Shown here: in pieces, positions 19,301 through 26,310 of the stretch
Layout of the letters: each line of letters begins with the position of its first letter
Numbering within the stretch: position 1 is the stretch's first letter
Origin: a virus
Taxonomy: Duplodnaviria > Caudoviricetes
Direction: 5' to 3' (one strand)
Length of the DNA stretch: 41,862 nt
IMG/VR virus record: IMGVR_UViG_3300012953_000060
Coordinates: 1 to 41,862 of that record
Notes under the pieces: generated by a model
The model's input: the letters and a program-made list of their open reading frames with translations, nothing else
What the model was told of the DNA's origin: nothing
The model's database searches: none
Position numbers and translations under genes: made by a program

Positions 19301-22300
19301 TGGTATTCTTATCAAACCAGATATTCATTTAGGTGGTACTGATTCTAGAGATAATACACAACATATAAGTGCAGTCGGTAATAAAATAACATTTAATGTA
19401 GCACCAGCTGCTACTGATAAGATTGGTACAATGGTCTTCAATAGACAATTATTACCAGCAAATAAGAGAAATTGGGTTCTTGATAGAAATGAAGAATTTG
19501 ATGGTACTAGAAAATTATTTACATTACAATTAGGAAAAGATGATCATACTAAAAATTGTGTTGATCTAATTGGAGCTCCTACTGCTGAAAGTATAATAGT
19601 TGTTAAAAATGATAAGACTCTTGCTCCAACAACAGATTATACAATAGTTACACCTACAGATCCTAATGATATAAATGATGGTGCTGGATCTTACAGACTT
19701 AATTTTGTTGTTGCACCTACATCAACAGATATTATTCATGTAATGTATACAGCAAATGATGCCAACTTTGAAGATAGAACTGGTGAATTAAGTCAAACTT
19801 CTGCAAAAGTATTATCTTACACAAGTGCGTTGTCTGGAACTGGTTGGATTCCATTCTGTTATGTTGATGGTGATTACATTGATCAAACTGATGTAACTCA
19901 TGATCAAACTGCAAAAACACTTACATTTACAAATAATACAACATTAGCATCTCAAAAAGTAGAAGTTCACTTTAAGAAAGCAACTTTAAATACAACAAAT
20001 GTTTATGGTGATATTACAACTGCTGAATTGATAGTTAAACAACGTAATAATAACAATGTAGAAATTGCAACTACAAATAACACATATAATTTACTTTTAA
20101 GAAATGGTTCTTCTAATAGTACAATTACAGGGGTTAAAGTTGTTAATATTTTACTAAGAGATGGTTCTACACAACTTATAATAGGATCTGATCATTATCG
20201 TATACTTACGATGAATTTAAATAATCCTGCTATGTTTGATGCTGCAGGCGCTACTTTTGTTGCCGCAAATGGTATTGTATTAGCACCAGATGATCACTAT
20301 GATCATTCTGGATCAGGTACACCAGCAACTACTGGAATTGGTGATGGTAAAACATATGCAGCAATACAATTTAAATTCTATGGATATATGAATAAAGGTC
20401 TTGGTGCTGAATGGCATCTATCAGATCCAAGAGGAATGCCTTATCTTGCAAAAATTGATATTCTTACACACGATAAAGATGATGGTGATGGAAGACTTAG
20501 AAGAATTAATATGTTAAATCAAAAGACTGGATCTTTTGGTGGTAATAATAGAACATCATTTAGATTAGAAGTTGATGGTGTTAGATATACAAATTATGTT
20601 GCTGATGAAGACATTCTTGTATTTAAAAACGATATACCTCTAAAACCAAACACAGATTATAATTTATCTGGTGTAACTGATACTGCTACTTCTGAAAAAG
20701 GTGATATTGTATTTGCTTCTGCTCCTTCTTCAAGTGATACATTTTACATGGTTGCAATGCAAAGTAATGAACTATTGAGTATTACTATGACAAATAGTAC
20801 AACTGGTAGTTTGAGTAGACAACTTACAGCTGCAGAAAGAGAAGGTTTAATTATAATTGCTGAAAATAAATTACATTTTGGAAATGGTCAAGGATTTGTA
20901 ATGAATAGCAATAATCAAACTATTGTGTTTGATACTGCTCCTGGCTCTGGTTTACATACACCGTTTGCAATATCTACAAATACTGGTAAAATTGCTGATA
21001 AAATTAATACTCCTTTTGATGGTACAGAACCAGCATTTAATTTATTCTTAGATTCTGAAAACTTTGTACCAGTAGGACAATATGGAAATGATGCTGCTCC
21101 TGATGTCAATAGTTTATTTGTAACTAAAAATGGTTCACTTTTAATTCCAACTACAGATTATACTATTGGTGGGAATATAGGTTCTAAAATTGTATTCAAT
21201 GTTTCGCCATCAGTTGGTGATGATATTACAATATCAACTCAAGGTGTCATGAGACCTCTTGATAATATCAGTTCAACTACTGGAAAAGAACATACTCTTA
21301 AATTATCAAGTGCAGACTATTATCCAAATGCTGTAATTGGTAGACCAAGAGAATTAGAAAATCAAATTGTTGCGATCAAAAATAATAAATTATTAGATCC
21401 AATTAAAGATTACTATGTTCTTAATCAAAAAATTGTATTTACAGAAGCATTAATAAACAGTGATGTTATAAGATTATTAGATTGGTATGGTGATCATGAT
21501 GATTTTGCTGTAAGTTCTTACAATCAGCAAGTTGAAGTTAATGAAACTATTCAGTTGCCTGGCGAGTCATTAAGAAGAACAGTAACAGCGGTTCATTCTC
21601 CAACTGCAATCACTGTTAACAGTCCAACTGGAATTACAAGTCCATCTGGTATTAATGCAAGACCTGACGTAGTTGATGGTAAATTATCAGCAATTACTGT
21701 TGCAAATGGTGGAGTTGGTTATCCACAGAATACAAAATTCCGTACATATGGTCTCGGAGATTCTGCTTCTGCAAATACTATATTGGTTCCTACAAAAGGA
21801 AATAGTGTTAAAACTATTACTGGTTCTGGTACAGACACAGTTACAAATGCTGCATATGTTCCGTCTACAGGAGTTCTAACATTAACCATTCCTCATCATG
21901 GATTATCAACAGGTGATAATATTAAACTTGCAGATGAATCATTAACATTTAGATGTTCGATGGATAATTATGCTACCGAACATAAGTATCCTAGAAATAC
22001 TACAATTACACATACAGCTTCTAATGCATCTTATATACCTTCTACAGGTACATTGACTATTACAACATCAAAACCTCACAATTTACAAACAGGTGACAGA
22101 ATTAAAATTGGTGATAATTCATTAACATTTAAGTGTGCTTTAGATAGTTATCAAACTACACATACATATCCAAGATCAACTGATCCATTTAGTGATAAAT
22201 GGTTGCCTGTAAGTAATATTACAAACACAACATTTACTGTAAATGTTGGTTCATCTACATTAACCACATACACACCAACTGCTGTCGATTATGAACCTAG

Positions 22301-24659
22301 TACAGGTGACATGACACTGAATATTGGTTCACATAATATTTCAATTGGTGATCCTATTAGAATTGCTGATGGATCTCTAACATTTACTTGTACATTAGAT
22401 GGAAATATTGCTGAAAAATCTTATCCAAGAAGTAATGCTACATATCATTCAATAACAAATGCAGTTTATGATCCTACATCAGGTATTATGACTGTTACTC
22501 TTAACAATCATGGATTTATAAAAGGTGAATATGTTAAGTTCTTAGTTAATTCATTACAATTTACATGTACAACTGATGGAAATACAATTCCAAAAACTTA
22601 TCCTAGACCTACAGATCCAGCATATGATACATGGTTAAAAATTGATAATATAACCACAAATACATTTACAGTCCAAGTTCTTGATACTGTACCTTCAACA
22701 AATACAGCAGCACATACTTTTGTTGGTGCAAGTGTAAATGGTTTGGCGAAGAAAGTTGATCAAGCATATCAAACTGCTCTTTCAGTAATTAAAAGAACTA
22801 CTGATACTATTACTGTAAATGTTCTTGCTAAAATTCCATCCACAAATCTTAGTGTTCATACATTTGTTAAAGCTGCAACTGGTGCTATAAGTTCTGGTGG
22901 TGGTTATTTACATAGATTTGTTTCTGCTGCTGCAGATAGTATAAGTGAAAAGAGAGATTTTGCATCAGAACAATTCCTACAATCAACTGTAGTTGACGAA
23001 GATACACTTACAGTTAATGTTGGTAGAGTTCTTCCAAACACTCAGTATACACCAACAACAGGAACATCATATGATCCTGCTAGTGGATTATTAGTTTTAA
23101 ATCTTGGTGCTGAGTATAATGAATTGAAAGTTGGTAAGAGTGTTATTATTACCGACAATGCACTTAAATTTAAGTGTGCTATGGATAATAATGATTCTAT
23201 TAAGTCTTATCCGAGACCAGGCTTAGATAAAGCATCTGAAAGATCTCTTAAAATTACTGCAAAATCTGGTAATACTATAACCGTAGATGTTGGTGTTGCT
23301 GGTACAAACAAAACATTTACACCTAGCATGGCACATTATAATCAGACAACTGGTGATATGGTCATATTTATTGGACAACATGGATTGCGTAAAGATGCAA
23401 ATGTAGTTTTAGTTAATAATTCACTTACATTCCAGTGTGCTAAAGATAATTATGTAAGTTTACATACTTATCCTCGTGCTGGTACAGATCCATATGCAAA
23501 TGAAAAATCAATTGCAATTACAAACGTTGGATCTACTGAACATACAGTAACTTCAGCATCATATGTTTCTTCATCTGGTATTGTAACAATTAGTGTTTTA
23601 GATCCTAGTAACAAATTTGCAAATGATGATTACATCTTAGTTAACGATAATGCTCTTGTATTTACATGTAATTTAGATGGAAATGCAACACAACATCCAT
23701 ATCCTCGTGCTGGATATGATTTACCAAGTAATAAATGGTTGAAGATTTCCAGTAAAACACATAACAGTGGTACAAGTACATTTAATATTAATGTTGGATC
23801 ATCAACATATACTGGTACTCATACATTTGTAGGTGCTGCTGTTGATGCTTTACAGAGACAAAATGGTGAAATTACAATTAACGTTGGATTTGATTCTGAC
23901 GCTGGTGATCAATATGAACATAGATTTGTTTCTGCAACTACAGGTGCAGTGAAGTATACACCAAATTCAACACATACATTCCAATCTGCTGATGCAAATT
24001 CAGTTAAGATGCTTGGTGATGCTACACATAAATTTGTAAGATCAACTACAAATGGTGTTTCAGTTGAAGCAAAAACCTTTGTATCAGTTGGTGATACAGT
24101 CATTGATTATGTTGGTCATAATCTCAGTAATACAACATTAGTTCCAACTTATGAATCATATGTTGTAAGAGATGAACAGTTAAATTCTAGTGACGTTACA
24201 TTTGGTACTAAATTATCATCTGGTATTAATACATCAGTCGAAACTATTCCAGTTACAGGTACAGGAATGGCTTCCGAAAGTAATATTGGTATCACTATAA
24301 CATCTGGAAGTGGATCTAGTGCAGTTCTACAACCATTTGTTGTTGATGGAAAAATCACTAAAGTAGTTGTAGAAACTGCTGGAAGTGGATATGATTCTAA
24401 TGATATTGTATTGACTGTAACTAACGGAGGTGGGTCTGGTGCTGTACTGGAACCAGTTCTGAATGGATCGGGTGCATTTACTAGTGTGACTGTTACAAAT
24501 GAGGGTATTGGGTACGATTCTTATAAGGCTTTCATAAATAAGGAAGTTATAGAGTATACGAATCATACTACAACAAACCTAAAAGGTGTGACCAGAGGAA
24601 TAGCGGGTAGTACTGCCGCAACTGGTGCTCAAAATGATAAGGTCTATTTTGACTCGTAA
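10326..24659 (+). CDS. gp7: Giant baseplate wedge initiator gp7-like protein (4777 aa) with YHYH-like domain and many repeat modules
   Basis: N-terminal QFPQFVRED..FIKFIKAYYESQE and FYGAKGSL..LFRILF, internal YYQDWSYS...HPAGFKFFG, YHYH-like HSKLVGFSYDGHPIY...LDEFNGRFCVTPEYPDG. Lies between gp6 and gp8. Confidence 0.88.
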   Translation: MKFLSDNSVDLSHLIDNQFPQFVREDNSTFIKFIKAYYESQELKNSPFDIAQNLIEYYNIGFYKKSELVENTNLNGNIANSATTINVDSTVGFPDKGYIQIDDEIVYYGSKTTTSFTSCVRGTSALILTNIPLSQVSLKTSLAETHLDNAVVTNVAYEFTSEFFRRIRSEIAVTIPENLVSELDLSSFFSRIRSFYGAKGSLNSHAILFRILFNDKKIKFTTKTRGSGATLKIPNFDGAITGLEITSGGSGYDSRTDGSGLINPPIIEVFGSGTGINVANPTALLTVNSITSGVIDGVTITDAGENYVGPITAFVRERDFAEEELVTSIAGTGSGVVESWDYNTGELTLTNIIGFFVNADELQSGSGEGARVFVKTFEIISQDPEIEFPKDYLFRPSNSNYGGKKLARLEIVKKLSNISDPSLDVISNNKTLAPSYITFLQDQDTIFGVSNVTIESSQVIKIDDVGKPTYEADIEINDDFNKIYLPASTQLVKAFDPSSDTIITVDDASGFPTTKGQVYIDDVIIDYDERSVNQFLGCTVVSGSGIKAVSTEVVAYGRYRTRKQYTRGEFIGLDQERYYGENLYRSKNAGISSSTADPTHSLGSIKVGDIEWEYIGSSKVTYFVDVFVGFPEISCTGNEGELTIRVDKVRDIAVGQSVVGSGIGVGAKIRSISGKELTLSIPNTSKVTGGCIFSVAQARLMGLVDNITIEKSGALFSPQKYFFDDKTYEDFSGTEYSAWNVNSDHTLDTDNDFVGISQLYNYKSPKDEHVYVSSSAIPGYIFSGSVNAKNRVLSNIFDGYTNAFTLIGLTNPIEKDLFIFRNALLQDPSTDFDVVNDILTFVETPSQNEPVYVRYFNDTNKVTKLTYTQTTQGASSSTITLSGLGSFNTSNDYLFVTVNGVLQVGNAISYNNTSKVATFTDNVNTLTTTLTATGATYAPANGNLTLTILNSNLTVGDKIKIADGGITFTCAKDGDTTTHPYPRSTDPASDEWLEITSISGNDHVVNVGISSDTSTHTFVSAVTNSITRRPDKVVAYWIKNAKVLDAITSSSSSTYTLQQSSSNYTAATTDTVFVAINGVIQKPTTSYTISGSTLTFSEVNSGTAITVIDLEDGSGGADIINVNLGSLAGINQDKDNYKLQKLVKRIPFPASLINNNVLRTSKALSPTPSLKGIGITVDGIQFNSIQGNKVQYGAVKSITIGSGGNYEVPLDKTTTGSGKFLKSSYPKVILTKNGGETSDVTISESIFDMSAGIKSIDINKFLDITPLTGFTIKPNVEVVSSTTVATGFRKAVVDVSYKNGTIDGFIVVDSGSGYTEAPTIKITGGGKLESENFSIPFFNTSTNDLIVTMEGSIISSKSASSTITLTTPVGSKFNANPVTTVDSGSNGLVKVFVANGQIVATQVLDKGQNYFTEPTIKIVGVGTNGVLRARLDGSGGISGVDIINAGSGYTVPPVITVINDDTLAVASSLLNEWTFNIPNRFNTKIDEFGGYVFDSNSGVILKVASFTTSTLVLSEAPTGVVVGMEVTHPQIPIGTFVTKIDTSGKIIYLSRSGLDQVTNISLNGSLVSFYQGDDRFRGTLKAQEVISTNFAESRLNFQYLQLKNTTKFETYYNISSSAHSKLVGFSYDGHPIYCKYGYSTPLDNTSAIEEQTSSWRLKGDRFNGPLVADYPLGSFIEDYEYDKTYGTLDEFNGRFCVTPEYPDGAYCYFMVDVFPFIIGPKYFSDPDCYNTGNNRSNDQIPKHFIRVNDTANQYFPQEEKNINKSILFTDYSSVGTVDNMFIESAGDNYKVGDNIVFDDDETGGSGAIAYVSSVDSPPISDIQIGSDGVIEFTFTGTHQISENDVIDVTYTKQTTNTVINLDTISSVPTQLSGKNLYNVILESHKIYRLEFGTTRPYNLSFDILNFNPYFQRDIDLKPTYVDIDPTKIPSVIFIHTSQSIFELRVESAPIIGRHLVTEVLSPNTFTVKDISVKTADTSVIDIAIKSNGASGPIKTINVVNGGSGYRVLPGIKSITSTSGKGGLLQATSTTIGSINSVKFITYGDKFYGSKTVRNYVDLPITIKVKSNFEIESVKVLTNGKNYLVNPYVRVNGLNDAATLQPSFSTGEVVSMDVVDGGSGFSTEPTIQVFSQNGGSGATFSSTLRRKSLTVGDTLSIQGKSSSAKILSVDTRASTVELLVSSGTFLKDDVLILSDGKTYGTIIEVNTAKAYAKSNSFGQIKEKFIGSAGFISDSFQKLGDNTYYQDWSYSLSNDRNIVDWKRNINDNTHPAGFKFFGKNRLHSRKSILGRSQDIVRSAVTFKSSISSLLNSDLQVPFEGKCTKSYIYFHNLASPNPYKVNDIVFGSITGNLGFVIEVGVGYIVVEYQNGEIQIGENVINYLRNVTLTSTSETSKALVAVNGILQSPGTSYDVSANQLLPKFPIFPGDEIVGHYLTTKFEIIEGIGINNGNEINLSQGGLDYTASSSDHLLVSLDGVIQKSSNMTLANGGKAIKFAGSNLAADTKVQFVLEHSQLQPLTFTGSAGTAFTLNVTPSSNCKLLVFFVGVDQSHLLTDYTVSGNTITFASSVNPDEIFGWHINETVTCEKVALPNLYSNAASGVDKVCNQANNITLEINSDNVKRANDFYEIQKEQLDGTMFLSGSQVYGFDTKFKTSNPENSTSHVEVINDISDKTNNVTSTFDLKINKNQSYTPVDGINSLQVTVNGTILGKNNRTVTPTTASYVASTGVMTLTVPNHQFDTGDFVKIADNAITFTCTMDSNATNHSYPRSTDPFSGEWIAVTKVDNNNFSVNVGKSPTKKFTATAASYATGSGQLTLTIGGHTLKTGTKVKIATDSIKFNVGGSVITYPSAAGGTTYASILSVTGTTIVLDFGVPNNTATHVFLSGSADLVRNSITTGGDYTHTFVSATVGGIKSATGYTVSGTQITFIKPPLLNDKISIKDFVSTYKANSGTKKGAEVDEFNSANGVRKIFNISDDGIPETVSNKTDLFTIKNGILIKPDIHLGGTDSRDNTQHISAVGNKITFNVAPAATDKIGTMVFNRQLLPANKRNWVLDRNEEFDGTRKLFTLQLGKDDHTKNCVDLIGAPTAESIIVVKNDKTLAPTTDYTIVTPTDPNDINDGAGSYRLNFVVAPTSTDIIHVMYTANDANFEDRTGELSQTSAKVLSYTSALSGTGWIPFCYVDGDYIDQTDVTHDQTAKTLTFTNNTTLASQKVEVHFKKATLNTTNVYGDITTAELIVKQRNNNNVEIATTNNTYNLLLRNGSSNSTITGVKVVNILLRDGSTQLIIGSDHYRILTMNLNNPAMFDAAGATFVAANGIVLAPDDHYDHSGSGTPATTGIGDGKTYAAIQFKFYGYMNKGLGAEWHLSDPRGMPYLAKIDILTHDKDDGDGRLRRINMLNQKTGSFGGNNRTSFRLEVDGVRYTNYVADEDILVFKNDIPLKPNTDYNLSGVTDTATSEKGDIVFASAPSSSDTFYMVAMQSNELLSITMTNSTTGSLSRQLTAAEREGLIIIAENKLHFGNGQGFVMNSNNQTIVFDTAPGSGLHTPFAISTNTGKIADKINTPFDGTEPAFNLFLDSENFVPVGQYGNDAAPDVNSLFVTKNGSLLIPTTDYTIGGNIGSKIVFNVSPSVGDDITISTQGVMRPLDNISSTTGKEHTLKLSSADYYPNAVIGRPRELENQIVAIKNNKLLDPIKDYYVLNQKIVFTEALINSDVIRLLDWYGDHDDFAVSSYNQQVEVNETIQLPGESLRRTVTAVHSPTAITVNSPTGITSPSGINARPDVVDGKLSAITVANGGVGYPQNTKFRTYGLGDSASANTILVPTKGNSVKTITGSGTDTVTNAAYVPSTGVLTLTIPHHGLSTGDNIKLADESLTFRCSMDNYATEHKYPRNTTITHTASNASYIPSTGTLTITTSKPHNLQTGDRIKIGDNSLTFKCALDSYQTTHTYPRSTDPFSDKWLPVSNITNTTFTVNVGSSTLTTYTPTAVDYEPSTGDMTLNIGSHNISIGDPIRIADGSLTFTCTLDGNIAEKSYPRSNATYHSITNAVYDPTSGIMTVTLNNHGFIKGEYVKFLVNSLQFTCTTDGNTIPKTYPRPTDPAYDTWLKIDNITTNTFTVQVLDTVPSTNTAAHTFVGASVNGLAKKVDQAYQTALSVIKRTTDTITVNVLAKIPSTNLSVHTFVKAATGAISSGGGYLHRFVSAAADSISEKRDFASEQFLQSTVVDEDTLTVNVGRVLPNTQYTPTTGTSYDPASGLLVLNLGAEYNELKVGKSVIITDNALKFKCAMDNNDSIKSYPRPGLDKASERSLKITAKSGNTITVDVGVAGTNKTFTPSMAHYNQTTGDMVIFIGQHGLRKDANVVLVNNSLTFQCAKDNYVSLHTYPRAGTDPYANEKSIAITNVGSTEHTVTSASYVSSSGIVTISVLDPSNKFANDDYILVNDNALVFTCNLDGNATQHPYPRAGYDLPSNKWLKISSKTHNSGTSTFNINVGSSTYTGTHTFVGAAVDALQRQNGEITINVGFDSDAGDQYEHRFVSATTGAVKYTPNSTHTFQSADANSVKMLGDATHKFVRSTTNGVSVEAKTFVSVGDTVIDYVGHNLSNTTLVPTYESYVVRDEQLNSSDVTFGTKLSSGINTSVETIPVTGTGMASESNIGITITSGSGSSAVLQPFVVDGKITKVVVETAGSGYDSNDIVLTVTNGGGSGAVLEPVLNGSGAFTSVTVTNEGIGYDSYKAFINKEVIEYTNHTTTNLKGVTRGIAGSTAATGAQNDKVYFDS
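21840..24065 (+). repeat. Seven nested copies of a ~100-aa 'FxC..YPR..HxF' domain in gp7 (three further copies at ~13110-13410 and ~18456-19067)
   Basis: Seven YPR motifs (21987, 22167, 22422, 22599, 23208, 23469, 23700) and seven closing HxF motifs (22713, 22857, 22911, 23820, 23919, 23973, 24027), all in frame. Confidence 0.85.
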
Positions 24660-24665
24660 ATACAG

Positions 24666-24673
24666 TATAAATA
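24666..24673 (+). promoter_or_regulatory. T4-type late promoter TATAAATA
   Basis: Exact consensus in the gp7-gp8 intergenic gap. Confidence 0.8.
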
Positions 24674-24705
24674 AAGATAAAGTTAAAAAACATCGGAACA
24701 GATAA

Positions 24706-26274
24706 ATGCCATCACTAGTTTCTGACAATTTCAGAGTATTTGCTGCAGAGCAGTTTATGGAGGCTCTTGAGGAACCTCTAGATTCTTCTGGCAACCCTCT
24801 TTCCGACTCTTCCACGGAGGCGTTGAGAGACAGAAGTAAAGTTTATATTTTTATTGGTCGTTCACAAACTTGGAATGCTGAGAGATACTCAGGTCTAGGT
24901 TTTAACGACATTGATACTATACCTTCACCAACGGATTCATTTGATGAGTTGAGTGAAATTTATGACGATATGATCGCTATGAAGAGAATTACTCGTAGTG
25001 ATGTCAATCAAGTTGTAAGAAAAAGAACTTGGAAGACAAATACTCGTTATGATATGTACAAACATAATTATTCTACTGGTTATCAGTCAGCGACTGGAGC
25101 TAATAAATTATATGATTCACAATTCTATGTGATGAATAGTAATTACGATGTTTATAAGTGTATCTATAATGGTGAAACTCCTGCTAATCCAAATGGAGTA
25201 ATTTCTACTGTAGAACCAACAGGAACAGCAACTTCTATTTTTACTACATCTGATACTTACAGATGGAAGTATATGTATACATTAGGTATTAACGATTTTG
25301 TTAAGTTTGTTTCTAGTGATTTTATGCCACTTAAAACTGATTCTAACGTTGTTAGTGCTGCTACATCAGGAGCAATTGATCAACCTTTAGTAAGAAACGT
25401 TGGAAGTGGTTTAACTCCAGGCACATATTTCTGTCCAGTTATAGGTGATTATAGTACACTTGCAGTAGTTACATTTACAGTATCAAGCACTGCTCCGATT
25501 GCAAACCAAATTGATCCAAGCACAGTATCAATGTCTGTTGTTGGTGCTGGATATACTTATGGTACTATTAACCTTGCAGAATGTTATTCAACTTTAGCTG
25601 CTGCACAAGCAAGATCTGCTTCACCAACTGATCTTTCTACTGGTAGTGCTTCTATTGATGCTATAATCTCACCTCCAGATGGACATGGTTCTAATGTTGT
25701 GAGAGAACTTGGTGGTTACAGAGTAATGGTTAATAAAGCTGTTGAGTTCTTGGATGGTGCTGGTGACGTACCAACTGATATGCAATTTAGAAGATTTGGT
25801 CTTGTTTCTGATCCACAAACTCCAGGCAACACTGATTTAACATCAAGTACTGCTGCGGTATGTAAAGCAATTAAATTTCCTGCTGCATCATCTGTCAACT
25901 ACACTATTGGTGAAGTAATTACTCAAGCAACTACTGGTGCAAAAGGTAAGGTAATTCATTGGGATTCTGTTAACAAAGTTCTTAGATATTTCCAAAATGA
26001 ATATACTGCTGCAACTCAATTAACTACTAATCAATACAAGTTAGTAGAGTTTAGTGGTGCAAATGCGATTACTGGAGGATTATCTAGTACTGCATTAACT
26101 CCTGATACAGCTGCTAGTGGTACTACAACTGTTGCTGGTAGATCATTTACTACTGGTTATTCTAGTTCAGAGGTTAAAAAATTTAGTGGTTCTATTCTGT
26201 ACATAGAGAACAGAAAAACAATCATTAGATCTGATGACCAAATTGAAGACATTAAACTCGTTATTGAGTTCTGA
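24706..26274 (+). CDS. gp8: Baseplate wedge subunit gp8
   Basis: VYIFIGRSQTW, DMIAMKRI, YDMYKHNY, FYVMNSNYDVYKCIYN, YRWKYMY, SGSILYIENR...QIEDIKLVIEF. Confidence 0.95.
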   Translation: MPSLVSDNFRVFAAEQFMEALEEPLDSSGNPLSDSSTEALRDRSKVYIFIGRSQTWNAERYSGLGFNDIDTIPSPTDSFDELSEIYDDMIAMKRITRSDVNQVVRKRTWKTNTRYDMYKHNYSTGYQSATGANKLYDSQFYVMNSNYDVYKCIYNGETPANPNGVISTVEPTGTATSIFTTSDTYRWKYMYTLGINDFVKFVSSDFMPLKTDSNVVSAATSGAIDQPLVRNVGSGLTPGTYFCPVIGDYSTLAVVTFTVSSTAPIANQIDPSTVSMSVVGAGYTYGTINLAECYSTLAAAQARSASPTDLSTGSASIDAIISPPDGHGSNVVRELGGYRVMVNKAVEFLDGAGDVPTDMQFRRFGLVSDPQTPGNTDLTSSTAAVCKAIKFPAASSVNYTIGEVITQATTGAKGKVIHWDSVNKVLRYFQNEYTAATQLTTNQYKLVEFSGANAITGGLSSTALTPDTAASGTTTVAGRSFTTGYSSSEVKKFSGSILYIENRKTIIRSDDQIEDIKLVIEF

Positions 26275-26281
26275 TTATACT

Positions 26282-26289
26282 AATAAATA
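26282..26289 (+). promoter_or_regulatory. Late promoter variant (AATAAATA)
   Basis: TAAATA core in the intergenic gap about 20 nt before the next ATG. Confidence 0.55.
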
Positions 26290-26310
26290 CTTAAAAGAAG
26301 TCCTTCGACA

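Noticed and set aside
21840-24065. Nested gp7 modules as inteins or an assembly artefact
   Set aside because: No intein splice-junction motifs (Cys/Ser start, His-Asn end) and no endonuclease. The copies are highly diverged at DNA level and the frame stays open, unlike a mis-assembled repeat.
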